A stretch of DNA of 64,000 nt from Candidatus Micrarchaeota archaeon (GCA_964496415.1 CAZBZN010000001.1:1-64000); one strand, 5' to 3'. Counted from the first letter of the stretch, positions 10,201-20,608 are shown. Program-made: numbers and translations. Notes: generated by a model not told the origin, from the sequence alone.

Positions 10201-11205
10201 TTATGCTCTTTCAAAAGTTTTTAATAAGTCAGGATTCTTTTCAAAGTACTCCCTAATTGGTTTAAGTATTTTTATTAAGTATTCTGCAGTGGCATTTTTT
10301 AAGTCAAGAGGATGAATCTCACCATTAAGATACTTTTGCTCTAATTCTTCTGGACTGTTAATAATTAAATCACCACCATATTTTTCAGGCCTTTTAATTA
10401 CTATTTTTTCTTCTTTTTTCATTATCAAATACTTCATGTATTCAAACACAGGATTTCCTTCAATTTGTTTTTGAGGACAGTATGCTTTCATTATTTTTTG
10501 TCTTATTTCTTCCTCAGAGGCAAAAAGCTCAAGCCTGCCTTGTTTTTTAGAAGCATCCATTTTTTTAGCGCCTTCAAGCCCAAGTCCTAAAGGCGTTAGT
10601 AACACTGACGGTTTTTTAAAACCCAATTTTGGGAAAATTTCTCTTGTAAGCATGTAAACATGGCGGTTGTCAATCCCAGCATAAGCAAGATCAATATCTA
10701 AAGCCCAGCAGTCAAGACTCTGCATTAATGGGTACACTATTGATGACACTTTAGCGTTTTCCATGTTCCTACATACTTCAGAGGCAGCTCTTGCAGCTCT
10801 TTTAACTGTGACATAAGGCATCATTCTCAATAACTGCTTGTAGTATTCTTGATCAAGTTGAAAATCAGTACCAAACTTATAGGTTACATTTTTTCCTTCA
10901 AGCCCTATCAATTGCAGGCATTTTTTGTAAATCTCAGCCCGGTTATTAATTTCCTCCCACGGGGATTTCATATCATCCATGTAAGCATGCAGATTAGCGA
11001 TTAGAATGGTATGGTCAAACCCTGCTTTTATCAAATCAAACTGTTTTGCTATAGTCCTATAATACCCAATATGAGGTGGTCCTGAAGGAGCTATCCCCCA
11101 ATAACTTTTTGCAGTCCTTTGTTTCAGTATTTCAATTAATTCTTGTTCTCCGATTAATTCTAAAGCATCTTGTTTGATTAGTTTTATTTTTTCATCAACA
11201 TTCAT
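10201..11205 (-). CDS. tyrS: Tyrosyl-tRNA synthetase
   Basis: PHIGY (HIGH), YPLMQ, KMDAS and IHPLDLK motifs. Confidence 0.92.
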   Translation of the reverse strand: MNVDEKIKLIKQDALELIGEQELIEILKQRTAKSYWGIAPSGPPHIGYYRTIAKQFDLIKAGFDHTILIANLHAYMDDMKSPWEEINNRAEIYKKCLQLIGLEGKNVTYKFGTDFQLDQEYYKQLLRMMPYVTVKRAARAASEVCRNMENAKVSSIVYPLMQSLDCWALDIDLAYAGIDNRHVYMLTREIFPKLGFKKPSVLLTPLGLGLEGAKKMDASKKQGRLELFASEEEIRQKIMKAYCPQKQIEGNPVFEYMKYLIMKKEEKIVIKRPEKYGGDLIINSPEELEQKYLNGEIHPLDLKNATAEYLIKILKPIREYFEKNPDLLKTFERA

Positions 11206-11210
11206 TTTTT

Positions 11211-11477
11211 TCACTCTTTTATTTCTTCTTTTATTCTTTCAAGCTCAGATATTATGTTCCATATTTCTGTCCTTGTATGAAAAGGCATGTTAATGTCATT
11301 GACAATTTCATCTAATGAGTAAATCGCACCCATGATGTTTACTTTAAGGTCTCCGCTGCTTAGGATTTTTTCTTTAGCTTCGTTTACTACTTTTTTAATG
11401 TTTCTTGGTACAGAATTATCTTCAAGAATGCTATCCATTAATTCTGCTACTTGCTGGAGTTCTTCTTCAGGCTTCAT
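11211..11477 (-). CDS. UPF0147 family protein
   Basis: DNSVPRNI and NMPFHTRTEIW motifs. Confidence 0.88.
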   Translation of the reverse strand: MKPEEELQQVAELMDSILEDNSVPRNIKKVVNEAKEKILSSGDLKVNIMGAIYSLDEIVNDINMPFHTRTEIWNIISELERIKEEIKE

Positions 11478-11541
11478 TTTATCACCTTCAAAAATAGTGG
11501 TTATTGTTCTTTTAGAAAGTTTGTTTTTAAAAGAGTTTCTT

Positions 11542-12453
11542 TTACTTTTCAGAGAATTTTATTATCTCTTTCACTAATTTTTCAACTTCTTTTTCTTCAA
11601 GTAAGTTCAAGTGCATGTCTGCTTTCTCATATTTTTCAGTGCATAAGTCTTTTTTAGTGGCAACTATCATCAACTTGGGTTTTAGCCTTTCTTTTATTCT
11701 CTTCAGCAAGTTCTCTTGTTCCTTTAAAGAAAATCCACAGGTTTCTGAAGGGTCGATTACAAAAATTACTTTATCTGTTAAGTGTTTCAATGCGGCTATT
11801 GCTTTTTTTTCTGTCTTGTTCATTTTTGAAAAGTCCCTGTCAAGTAATCCAGGAGTATCTATTAGTTGAATTTCATGGTAAGGAGTTCTAATGAATCCTA
11901 TTAGAAGCTTTTTCGTAGTAAAAGGATATGGTGCTGTTTTTACTTTTACCCCACTTACTCTTTTTAACAGTTCTGATTTCCCAACGTTTGGGCAGCCTGC
12001 TATTATTATCGTAGGAGTGTCTTTTATCCTTGGAAGGTTTCTCAATGCTTTTTCATAAGCTTCTAATGCTTCAAAATCAATGCTTTTAATTAAAGAAGCT
12101 ATTCTTCCATAGAACTGCTTTCTTTTTTCAGCAGCTTTTTTCAAGTTCTCAGCGTACTTTGTCTTAATGTAGTACTCTTTTTCCAGTTTCTTTATTATCT
12201 CAGCGCAGTCCTTTGCTTTTTTTGCTTCTTTTTTAGCTTTTTTAACGTCAGTAAGAGTCTCTATTAGTTCTTTTTCAAACTCAGTTAACTGTTTTCTAAC
12301 CTTACTTGAGGCTTTCAAAAGCTTTTTTACAGCAAGCTGAGAAGCAGTCTTAACCTTAAAAGCTTCCTTTTCTTTCCTTGTCTTAAACCTCTGCGACCCC
12401 GCTGTCTTTTTAGTTTTGACAATTATCTGTTCAACAATTTCTTCTGCCTTCAT
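11542..12453 (-). CDS. NOG1/OBG-family GTPase
   Basis: GCPNVGKS, YPFTT, DTPGLLDR, DPSETCG, TKKD. Confidence 0.9.
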   Translation of the reverse strand: MKAEEIVEQIIVKTKKTAGSQRFKTRKEKEAFKVKTASQLAVKKLLKASSKVRKQLTEFEKELIETLTDVKKAKKEAKKAKDCAEIIKKLEKEYYIKTKYAENLKKAAEKRKQFYGRIASLIKSIDFEALEAYEKALRNLPRIKDTPTIIIAGCPNVGKSELLKRVSGVKVKTAPYPFTTKKLLIGFIRTPYHEIQLIDTPGLLDRDFSKMNKTEKKAIAALKHLTDKVIFVIDPSETCGFSLKEQENLLKRIKERLKPKLMIVATKKDLCTEKYEKADMHLNLLEEKEVEKLVKEIIKFSEK

Positions 12454-12482
12454 TTTCTCCTCTTTCAGTTTTCATTTTTCAT

Positions 12483-12866
12483 TCACAGTTTTTCAAGAGC
12501 TTTTCTTTCTTTTTCAAGTATCATGAGTTTTTCTCTTAACTTTTCAATTTCCTTGCCCATTTTTTCTATTTCTAGTTTTTGCTGTTGAGTCAGCCCTCCT
12601 CTTATGCTAGCGTATTCTCCGTAAGCATCAATGTTTCTCAAAAGCAGGTTTATTCTTTCTTCTATTTTCTGTTGTTCTTGGTTAAGCCTTTGCAGGGCTT
12701 TTTCTTTTTCTTTCTGAATTTTCATTATTCTCTTTTCAGCTTCTTGCCTGGCTTTTTCTATTTTCTTTTCTATCTGTTTTATTCTTTTGTTCTTAGGACC
12801 TAATATTTCCATCCATATTTTTTGTTTTTCTTTTTTCCATCCTTTTGCAGCGCTTCTTCTTGCCAT
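12483..12866 (-). CDS. Hypothetical basic coiled-coil protein
   Basis: K/E-rich heptad pattern; GGTGA SD before MARRS. Confidence 0.6.
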   Translation of the reverse strand: MARRSAAKGWKKEKQKIWMEILGPKNKRIKQIEKKIEKARQEAEKRIMKIQKEKEKALQRLNQEQQKIEERINLLLRNIDAYGEYASIRGGLTQQQKLEIEKMGKEIEKLREKLMILEKERKALEKL

Positions 12867-12942
12867 GAACATCACCTTCCAATAACTTAGCTTTTTTGAA
12901 TTATAAAAACTTTTTTAAGCTAGAAGTGAGTTGTTTTAAAAC

Positions 12943-13632
12943 ATGAAGTACAGGTCATTAATCATTGCATTAGTGTTAAGTTCAGTTGTTTTAGCATCTT
13001 GTCAGGACTATGCAAAATTAGCTGAAGAAAGAACACTTCCACCTTATCCTAATTATTTTGGAGCAGCTGGAGAATTTCAGCATGCTGCTGACTGCTATTA
13101 CTCAATAGGTGAAGAAGCTTTAGCTAAAGAGTATTACGCAAAAGCAGCAGAGTATTATACTGTTGCGGTTACTCAGTTGGTTGAAGGCGGGGATAATTAC
13201 TTGAGAGGAAAGAGTTATGAGCTTGCCGGTGATTCTTATTACAAGGCAGGAATGATTTCACAAGCAATTCAGGCATATAACAAGTCTTTCACTGTTTTTT
13301 CATCAAATGGGTATGATGCTGAAGCGCAACAGGTAATGAAAAAACTAGAAGCTCTTACTAAAAGAGTTGACCTTTCTCCTTATGTTGGATTGATTTCTTT
13401 AACAGCATTATTTTTCAGCTTGTTTTCTTTAGTTTATGTCTGGAGTTATTCAAGAAAAAACCAGCAGCCGTTAGTAATAGAAAAAAAGATAATTAAAAGA
13501 GAAGTAGTTGAAAAACCAATAAAAAAGATTGAATTTAAGAAGAAAGAAGAAGTTCCAGTAAAAAAGAGAGAAGTGATGAGTCCTAAAGAAAAGCTTGCTA
13601 AGAAGCTTAGGGAAAAATACATGCCTAAGTGA
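12943..13632 (+). CDS. Secreted, membrane-anchored TPR/SNAP-like helical-repeat protein
   Basis: Signal peptide with LASC lipobox-like motif, Ala/Tyr helical repeats, TM helix, Lys-rich tail. Confidence 0.6.
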   Translation: MKYRSLIIALVLSSVVLASCQDYAKLAEERTLPPYPNYFGAAGEFQHAADCYYSIGEEALAKEYYAKAAEYYTVAVTQLVEGGDNYLRGKSYELAGDSYYKAGMISQAIQAYNKSFTVFSSNGYDAEAQQVMKKLEALTKRVDLSPYVGLISLTALFFSLFSLVYVWSYSRKNQQPLVIEKKIIKREVVEKPIKKIEFKKKEEVPVKKREVMSPKEKLAKKLREKYMPK

Positions 13633-15317
13633 GGCTGGTTGCTTTGAATTTTTTTGAAATAAAAAGCCATGACCTGGCTGCTAGGATAACAAAGCTTAAG
13701 ACAAACCATGGGACAATAACTACTCCTACGATTCTTCCAGTCATAAACCCAAAAGCACAGGTTATTCCTGCTTCTGAAATGAAAGAGTTCGGAGTAGAAG
13801 CAGTGATTACTAATGCGTACATTCTTTGGAAGGACTTAAGAGAAGAAGCATTAGATAAAGGCGTGCATGATTTGATAGGGTTTAACGGTCCAGTGATGAC
13901 TGACTCTGGAGCTTACCAGTTAATGGAGTACGGCGAGATAAGCGTAAGCAATAGGGAAGTAATCGACTTCCAGAAGAAGATAGGTGTTGATGTTGGAGTA
14001 ATTCTCGACGTTCCAACAAGCAGCAGCGACGAAGAAGCAGTGAAAGCAAGCGTTGCAGAGACCATTACACGCGCAAAGGAAGCAAAGCAATGGGCTGATG
14101 ATTCTCTTTTGTGGGCTGGGCCTGTGCAAGGCGGGACTAACTTAAAGCTGTTGAAGAAGTCTGCGATGGTCATGGATTCTCTTGGATATGACATCCTGCC
14201 AATTGGTTCTGTTGTTCCTTTGCTTGTGAAGTATGATTTCGCTTCAGTCGTGAGGATGATTAAGACAGTAAGAGAAACCACTGAAAAGCCTTTGCATTTG
14301 TTCGGCGCAGGTCATCCTATGTTCTTTTCTTTTGCAGTAGCTCTTGGAATTGACTTGTTTGACTCAGCTGCTTATGCTTTGTATGCTAAGGAAGGAAGGT
14401 ACTTGACTCCTCTTGGCACGAAACACTTGTCAGAACTTAAAGAACTCCCTTGCTCCTGTCCAGTATGTTCTAACACTCCTTTAAAAGAAATGGACGAGGA
14501 GAAGCTTGCAAGGCATAATCTTTTCGTAACAATGCAGGAGATAAGAACTGTAAGACAAGCTATAAGAGAAGGGGAATTGTTTGACTTGTTGTGCCAGAGA
14601 GCTGCTTCCCATCCTTCTCTTTACAAGGCAATGAAACAACTTGTCAAATACAAGGATTTCTTTGACAAAAGAGACCCCATTACTAAGAAGCACTTCTTTT
14701 ACTCCTCTGAGTTTTCAAAGCACAGGGTAGAAGTAATAAGAGTCAAGGAAAGGCTTTCAAGAATAAAGTCAAAGCAAAAGCAAGACATAGGACTGTTCAA
14801 ACAAGTTCCAATAACACTAACAGAATGCTATCCTTTCACTCAGTATGTTGACGGGGAGGAGAGAAAGCTGAAAAAAGCTCCAAATGGTTTTGAGAAGATA
14901 AGAGACGCAAGCTTGTACTGGTTTGGAGTGAATTTGTTCAAGCCAACGGACACTGTAAAAGTGTCAAGAAGCACTGGGAAGATAAGAGCAGTGTACAGGA
15001 AAGGAGAGTTGTTAGCTGTTTTCAGAGCATCAGACTTTATGATAATGCTTCATGCTGCTTCAAGAGACCTGCATGAAAAAACAAGACCACCCGAACATAG
15101 AGTGATAGTAAGAAAAGACGTTGCTGAATTCATCAAGCAAGGGAAGAGCGTGTTCGCAAAACATGTTATTAACTGTGGTAACATAGTGCCAGGCCAACAA
15201 GTACTGGTAGTCACAGAAGACGACGAGCTTTTAGCATCAGGAGACGCTTTGCTTAACTCTTCTGAAATGCTTGCAATGAAAAAAGGCCCTGCAGTAAGCG
15301 TGAGATGGCATGCGTAA
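13629..15317 (+). CDS. tgtA: Archaeosine tRNA-guanine(15) transglycosylase
   Basis: MTDSGAYQ, HLFGAGHP, DLFDSAAY, CSCPVC Zn site, C-terminal PUA domain. Confidence 0.95.
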   Translation: MRLVALNFFEIKSHDLAARITKLKTNHGTITTPTILPVINPKAQVIPASEMKEFGVEAVITNAYILWKDLREEALDKGVHDLIGFNGPVMTDSGAYQLMEYGEISVSNREVIDFQKKIGVDVGVILDVPTSSSDEEAVKASVAETITRAKEAKQWADDSLLWAGPVQGGTNLKLLKKSAMVMDSLGYDILPIGSVVPLLVKYDFASVVRMIKTVRETTEKPLHLFGAGHPMFFSFAVALGIDLFDSAAYALYAKEGRYLTPLGTKHLSELKELPCSCPVCSNTPLKEMDEEKLARHNLFVTMQEIRTVRQAIREGELFDLLCQRAASHPSLYKAMKQLVKYKDFFDKRDPITKKHFFYSSEFSKHRVEVIRVKERLSRIKSKQKQDIGLFKQVPITLTECYPFTQYVDGEERKLKKAPNGFEKIRDASLYWFGVNLFKPTDTVKVSRSTGKIRAVYRKGELLAVFRASDFMIMLHAASRDLHEKTRPPEHRVIVRKDVAEFIKQGKSVFAKHVINCGNIVPGQQVLVVTEDDELLASGDALLNSSEMLAMKKGPAVSVRWHA

Positions 15318-15464
15318 TTACATTTCCCAGGGTTCTTTTTGACGTTGGTTCATTTTCATTTCTTGAAGTTCTGCAAGTCTTTTTTCAAGCTCTATTCTGG
15401 CAATATGTGACTTTACTTGCTGTAGTTTTCTTCTCACAAGCTCTATTTCAGCATCAATATCCAT
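15318..15464 (-). CDS. Small hypothetical coiled-coil protein (48 aa)
   Basis: MDIDAEIELVRRKLQQVKSHIARIELEKRLAELQEMKMNQRQKEPWEM; GAGGTGA SD; fills the gap after trmI exactly. Confidence 0.65.
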   Translation of the reverse strand: MDIDAEIELVRRKLQQVKSHIARIELEKRLAELQEMKMNQRQKEPWEM

Positions 15465-15477
15465 TCTCTTTCACCTC

Positions 15478-16197
15478 TTATCTTTTTCTAGCAAATATGA
15501 AAAAGCCTGGAAAGCCAAGAAGCCCTTTCACACGAGCATATTTCTTGACTATCACTTCTTTGTTGTCAAACTGAATCCCACGTATGTCAAAGTAGTTAAG
15601 TGCTTCAAAAGCCCTCCAAACTGGTTTTATGCTGTCCATTACTGGGGAATAAACCCCAAAGAAGCCACCTGGTTTTAAGCAGTAGTCAAGAGCTTTCACT
15701 GCTCTTTCAGGTTCTTGCATGTCAATGAATACTGCGTCAAAGAATTCTTTTCTAAGCTTTGCAGTTAACACGTCCTTGTTGTACAAGTGCACGTTTTTCA
15801 ATCCTTTAAGGTTCTCTTTTGCTTTCTCATAGAACCTTTCTTCTTTTTCATAAGAGTAAACCTCTGCGCCTATCTGCGAGAAATAATAAGCAGTCCCGCC
15901 TGTTCCTGTTCCTGACTCAAGCACTTTTGAGCCTTTTTTTATGCTAAGCATTGCTGCTATTATTCCTGCATCATAAGGGTATATTGGTCTTGAAGCCATT
16001 TTGAAATTTTCAACTTGGTCCTGAATGCTTGACTCGTAGGCTAAGAACACATATCCTTTATGCGTTTTAACTTCTTTTCGTTTACCAACAGCTTTATTAA
16101 GCTCTCTGGTTTTAATAACCCCGTAATGAGTGTTTATTAATTTGGGGGTTTTCCTTATCACGAGCTTGTTTCCATGAGCATCAATTAAGGTGTACAT
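15478..16197 (-). CDS. trmI: tRNA (adenine-57/58-N1)-methyltransferase
   Basis: IYPYDAGII, VLESGTGTG, DAVFIDMQEP, YSP. Confidence 0.85.
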   Translation of the reverse strand: MYTLIDAHGNKLVIRKTPKLINTHYGVIKTRELNKAVGKRKEVKTHKGYVFLAYESSIQDQVENFKMASRPIYPYDAGIIAAMLSIKKGSKVLESGTGTGGTAYYFSQIGAEVYSYEKEERFYEKAKENLKGLKNVHLYNKDVLTAKLRKEFFDAVFIDMQEPERAVKALDYCLKPGGFFGVYSPVMDSIKPVWRAFEALNYFDIRGIQFDNKEVIVKKYARVKGLLGFPGFFIFARKR

Positions 16198-16198
16198 A

Positions 16199-17170
16199 AT
16201 GGGAATTTACGATTCAAAACATTATAAACTATTACTATTGATTCCTATTACTATCTTAGTGTTTGCATTGTATTTTTCTACAAAAGTTGAGCCAGGCATA
16301 GACCTGCAAGGCGGGACTTTGGTTACTGTTTCTGCTGGCTCAGAGGTAAACGCAGATCAATTAAAGCAAGAGCTTGAGAAAAATTTTGAATTAGAAGATT
16401 TGAAAGTGAGAAGCATTAGTGGTGGAACAACAGGTGTTTATATTGAATTTAAAGGGGAGAAAAACTTGCTTGAAATGCAAAAGTTGATTAATTCAGGCAA
16501 GTATCATGAGCTTTCTTCTTACTGCGGTTATGACGTTAATTCAAAGGATGCTGCTGACAAGTGTTTTTCTCAGAAAAGAGAGGAATTTAAAAATGCTTTT
16601 GTAAAGCTTGTTTCAAGGGAGACTGGTGCTTCTTCAGATGCTTTTTCTATTCAGGAAGTAGGGCCTTCACTTGGCAAGGTGTTTTTGGACCAAGCAAGAA
16701 ATGCTATAATAATTGCTTTTGTTTTAATCATTTTCCTAATCTTTTATTACTTCAGGACTCCTGTCGTCTCTTTTGCAGTAGCGCAGTCCGCTTTCTTTGA
16801 TGTTCTTGTTGCTTACTCTTCTTTAGGTTTTTTAGGTATTCCATTATCATTATCAACAATCGCTCCTTTATTAATGCTTATTGGTTATTCTGTTGATACT
16901 GACATAATGCTTACTGACTGGCTTATTTCAAGAAAAACAAAATCACCAACAGATAGGGCTTATAAAGCAATGAAAACTGGTTTGACAATGACTGGTACTA
17001 CTCTAACAGCACTCACTGTAATGCTGTTGGTAGCTTATTATGCTCACATAATCACTATTATGAACATAGCTTTAGTGTTATTATTTGGATTGCTTGCTGA
17101 CTTAGTAGGTACTTGGTTTACTAACGCAGTAATAATTTTATGGCATCTTGAAAAGAAGGTGAAAAAATGA
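16199..17170 (+). CDS. secF: Protein translocase subunit SecF
   Basis: GIDLQGG, VGPSLG, IGYSVDTDI; ATG at 16199. Confidence 0.93.
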   Translation: MGIYDSKHYKLLLLIPITILVFALYFSTKVEPGIDLQGGTLVTVSAGSEVNADQLKQELEKNFELEDLKVRSISGGTTGVYIEFKGEKNLLEMQKLINSGKYHELSSYCGYDVNSKDAADKCFSQKREEFKNAFVKLVSRETGASSDAFSIQEVGPSLGKVFLDQARNAIIIAFVLIIFLIFYYFRTPVVSFAVAQSAFFDVLVAYSSLGFLGIPLSLSTIAPLLMLIGYSVDTDIMLTDWLISRKTKSPTDRAYKAMKTGLTMTGTTLTALTVMLLVAYYAHIITIMNIALVLLFGLLADLVGTWFTNAVIILWHLEKKVKK

Positions 17171-18717
17171 CTCTATCAAAGATATTTAAAAACAGGAAAG
17201 TTAAGATTTCCTTAGCATTATTTCTTTTGATTGGTGTTTTTCCTTTAATGTTTAAAGGCTTACAGTTTGGGATGGATTTTAAGGGAGGAACTTTAATTCA
17301 AGTAAGTCTTGTAAAAGAAGAGAATACTTCTTTTGACATTTCTTCAGTGATAAAAGTAATGCAATCAAGGCTTAATGCTTATGGGTTAAAGGATGTCTCT
17401 GTAAAGCCTTATGGTAATGAGTATGTGATAATTGAGATTGCTGAGACAGATCCTAAAGTTGTTAATCAAATCCAGTCTTTGCTTGGTCAGCAGGGAAAGT
17501 TTGAAGCATTATTTGAAGGAAAGGTAGTGTTGACTGGTTCTGATATTCAGTCAGTAATCACAGATCCTCAGCAGGGTTATGGGATCAGAGGGTCTCAGGG
17601 GAATTACGAGTGGATAGTTCCTTTTAGGATAACTTCTCAGGCTTCTGAGAGAATAGCTAAAGAATTTGAAGGAAAGTGCAGTACTCCTCAAGCACAGACT
17701 TGTCCTGAAAAATTATACATGTTTATAGACAGACCATCAAATGCAGTCATAGTTATTCCAACTAATTTAGCTAATGAAGAAGCATACATTTCTGAGACCC
17801 TTGAAAAAACACAGGAAGCCCAATCAACTATTCCTTTAGAAGAACTGGTAAGAGAGTCAGGTGAGGAGCTTATAATAACTAATTCCATTACTGATGAGGT
17901 CATTGATAAGGTTAAAGGCAAGACAGTTATCATTCCTGAAGGGTATTATTCTGACAACGAGGTTGCTTTGCTTAATTCTTCAGCTTCCAAATTGTTGGTT
18001 AAAGCAAAAGCAGAAGACTATTGGATTGTTAGTGCTTTGAATTTAGAGAATATAGTTCACTTAACTCCAGGAGTGACTGCAGGAGTACCTGTTACTACTC
18101 CAAGTATCACTGGTCATGCTGCTGATTATGAAAAGGCAAATGAAGAAATGAATAGAGTGGTGATCTTGCTTAAGTCAGGAAAGCTTCCTGTTTCTGTTTC
18201 AATAGCAAGCGTGTCTACTATCTCACCTGTTTTTGGAACAGAGTTTGTAAGGTATAGTTTGTTTGCTGGCTTGCTTGCAGTGTTAAGCGTCGGAGCTTTC
18301 ATAACTGCAAGATATAGGAAGCTTGTCATAGCTTTTCCAATAATGGCTACCATGCTGATGGAAGTGATAATGATTTTAGGCATGGCTGCTTTGATAGGCT
18401 GGCAGCTTGACTTAGCAGCTATTGCAGGAGTTATTGCTGCTGTTGGTACAGGGGTCGATCATCAGATTCTGATTACTGATGAGGTTTTGAGAGGAGAAGA
18501 AGATGAGGAAGTTCAGAGGTCAAGACTTGGTAAGATTAAGAAAGCTTTTTCAATAATAATGCGTTCAGCTACCACCACTATCGTTGCTTTGATTCCTTTG
18601 TTCATGATAGGGCTTGGTGCTTTGAAAGGATTTGCGCTTACAAGCATTTTAGGCATACTTATAGGAGTTTTTATTACAAGGCCTACTTATGCTGCCATTA
18701 TTAAGGAGTTAGTTTGA
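17167..18717 (+). CDS. secD: Protein translocase subunit SecD
   Basis: GMDFKGG, LKSGKLPV, GTGVDHQI, GFALT. Confidence 0.93.
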   Translation: MTLSKIFKNRKVKISLALFLLIGVFPLMFKGLQFGMDFKGGTLIQVSLVKEENTSFDISSVIKVMQSRLNAYGLKDVSVKPYGNEYVIIEIAETDPKVVNQIQSLLGQQGKFEALFEGKVVLTGSDIQSVITDPQQGYGIRGSQGNYEWIVPFRITSQASERIAKEFEGKCSTPQAQTCPEKLYMFIDRPSNAVIVIPTNLANEEAYISETLEKTQEAQSTIPLEELVRESGEELIITNSITDEVIDKVKGKTVIIPEGYYSDNEVALLNSSASKLLVKAKAEDYWIVSALNLENIVHLTPGVTAGVPVTTPSITGHAADYEKANEEMNRVVILLKSGKLPVSVSIASVSTISPVFGTEFVRYSLFAGLLAVLSVGAFITARYRKLVIAFPIMATMLMEVIMILGMAALIGWQLDLAAIAGVIAAVGTGVDHQILITDEVLRGEEDEEVQRSRLGKIKKAFSIIMRSATTTIVALIPLFMIGLGALKGFALTSILGILIGVFITRPTYAAIIKELV

Positions 18718-18727
18718 AGGGTGGCTT

Positions 18728-19423
18728 ATGGAGAGAATAAAGACAGGTGTGGAAGGGCTGGATTACTTGCTTGAAGGAGGCTTTCCTCATCCTTCCTCTG
18801 TCCTGATTACAGGGCCTCCTGGTTCAGGTAAGACCATTTTAGGATTACAATTTCTTTACGAAGGAGCTTCAAAGTATAAAGAACCAGGATTGCTGATTAA
18901 TATGGAAGGTTTTCCTAATGAAATTTCTTGGTATGCTGAAGTTTTTGACTGGGATTTGGGAGCATTACAGCAGAAAGGATTGCTTATTTTTTCCTCTTAT
19001 GATCCTGCAGAGTTTGAAAAGTTTGAGCTTAGGACTCTTCATTCTGAGATAATAATCCAGCTGCAGAGAGTGATAAAACAGATTAAAGCTAAAAGAGTGG
19101 TTATTGATTCTATTACTCCTTTAGGCCAAGCTTTAAAAGATAAAGCTAAGTTTAGGACTTTACTTTATTACCTTTCTAAAGCACTTAAGGAGAATGGTTG
19201 TACTTCTTTGTTTATTGCTGAAAAAGTTGACGAAAAGGATACTGAGTTTCAGGTGGAATCCTTTTTGATGGATGGCGTTATAGAACTTAATTTTACTGCT
19301 CGTGCAGATGTTTTGGAGAATACTTTAATGATTAAGAAGATGGTTGCTACTAAGTTTCCAAGGTCAAAATACTTGATTGATTTTTCAGAAAAAGGAATAA
19401 GGCTTGCTACTGGGTATTATTAA
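18728..19423 (+). CDS. KaiC-like RecA-superfamily ATPase (single domain)
   Basis: RIKTGVEGLD, GPPGSGKT, RVVIDS, DGVIEL. Confidence 0.88.
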   Translation: MERIKTGVEGLDYLLEGGFPHPSSVLITGPPGSGKTILGLQFLYEGASKYKEPGLLINMEGFPNEISWYAEVFDWDLGALQQKGLLIFSSYDPAEFEKFELRTLHSEIIIQLQRVIKQIKAKRVVIDSITPLGQALKDKAKFRTLLYYLSKALKENGCTSLFIAEKVDEKDTEFQVESFLMDGVIELNFTARADVLENTLMIKKMVATKFPRSKYLIDFSEKGIRLATGYY

Positions 19424-19918
19424 TTACCATGGTACTTTTTTTAGTTTTAGTAAATAACCGATGAAATTAACGGTTAAGTGCGCTGCAGGGGTTATTATTA
19501 GTAAAAAACAGAACTGGTTTAGGGTTATTGGTTTTATCAGCATGCCTAAGCATACTGCTCCTATTAAGAAATCAATCTGGTCAAGGATTGGAACTGGCTG
19601 ACCGCTTTTTACCCCCACTTGTCTTTTTAAGAAGCTTCCCGCAAAGTCTCCTAATACTGCTCCAAGAGACAAGAAAAATGCTAAAATAATTAATGAAAAA
19701 TCTGCTGTAAACGTGGCTAGTAATGCTCCTGTAAGAGTTCCAAAGAAAATACCGCTTGCTGTTCCTCTTATTGTTTTCCCTTTTCCAAGAATTCTTTTTC
19801 CTCTTATTGTTTTTCCGAAGTCAATGCTTTTTCCTCCTCCGAATAACGCTGCTGAAGAATTACAAATGTACGCTGGGAGGATGTATATTAACGCCTGAAC
19901 CATTGTTGAGGGATTCAT
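19424..19918 (-). CDS. carS: CDP-archaeol synthase (DUF46)
   Basis: LPAYICNS, GKGKTIRG, GDFAGSFLKRQ, PILDQIDF. Confidence 0.9.
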   Translation of the reverse strand: MNPSTMVQALIYILPAYICNSSAALFGGGKSIDFGKTIRGKRILGKGKTIRGTASGIFFGTLTGALLATFTADFSLIILAFFLSLGAVLGDFAGSFLKRQVGVKSGQPVPILDQIDFLIGAVCLGMLIKPITLNQFCFLLIITPAAHLTVNFIGYLLKLKKVPW

Positions 19919-19927
19919 TTTTATCAC

Positions 19928-20608
19928 TTATAGTAACGCTCCTACGAGCATTCCTATTATGGCTCCAACTGTTGTTGCTGCAAGGTTTGTTGAGGAATTC
20001 CCAATTATTTTTTTATTTTCAAGTAAAGCTCCGACTAATGAGTCAGTAAGGTTTCCAGCAAGACCTGCTACTATTGCTATTATTATTGCTTTGACACTTG
20101 GAAGGATTATTAGAGAAGAGACACCTATCATTAAAGAAGCTATTACCCCTAATATTGTTCCTGTGAGTGTTACTCCTCCATTTACTCCTGGATTTACTTT
20201 TTTGAAGTTTGTTATCATTCTTGGAGTTTCTTTTGAAAGAACTCCTAGTTCAGAAGAAGTTGTATCTGCTGTTGCTGTTGCTATTGCGCCGATGAACCCG
20301 TAAGTCCCTGCAGGCCCTCCTAGTAAAGCCATTAGCATTGCTATTCCGCCGTTGGATACTACGTTTCTTGACCCTCTTATCTTTTGCAGTACTTTGAGCT
20401 TTCTTTTTTTATCCCATCCATATCTTGTAACAAGGTTTCCTATTATGAAAAACAAGAACATTATTAAGAACCATTTTATTCCCTGAGTTAACAGAATAAT
20501 GTATGCTAAGAATAATGCTGAAAGTGCTCCTGGAAAGTTAAGGGATTTTTTTTCTATTCCAAGCACGACAATAAAAAGAGGAAGAGAGTAAATAGCTAAC
20601 TCATTCAT
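19928..20608 (-). CDS. DUF92/TMEM19 family membrane protein
   Basis: ADTTSSELG, GVNGGVT, DSLVGA. Confidence 0.88.
   Translation of the reverse strand: MNELAIYSLPLFIVVLGIEKKSLNFPGALSALFLAYIILLTQGIKWFLIMFLFFIIGNLVTRYGWDKKRKLKVLQKIRGSRNVVSNGGIAMLMALLGGPAGTYGFIGAIATATADTTSSELGVLSKETPRMITNFKKVNPGVNGGVTLTGTILGVIASLMIGVSSLIILPSVKAIIIAIVAGLAGNLTDSLVGALLENKKIIGNSSTNLAATTVGAIIGMLVGALL

Noticed and set aside
15305..15574. 89-aa hydrophobic plus-strand ORF
   Set aside because: It is the antisense shadow of trmI and of the 48-aa minus-strand gene that has a clear SD
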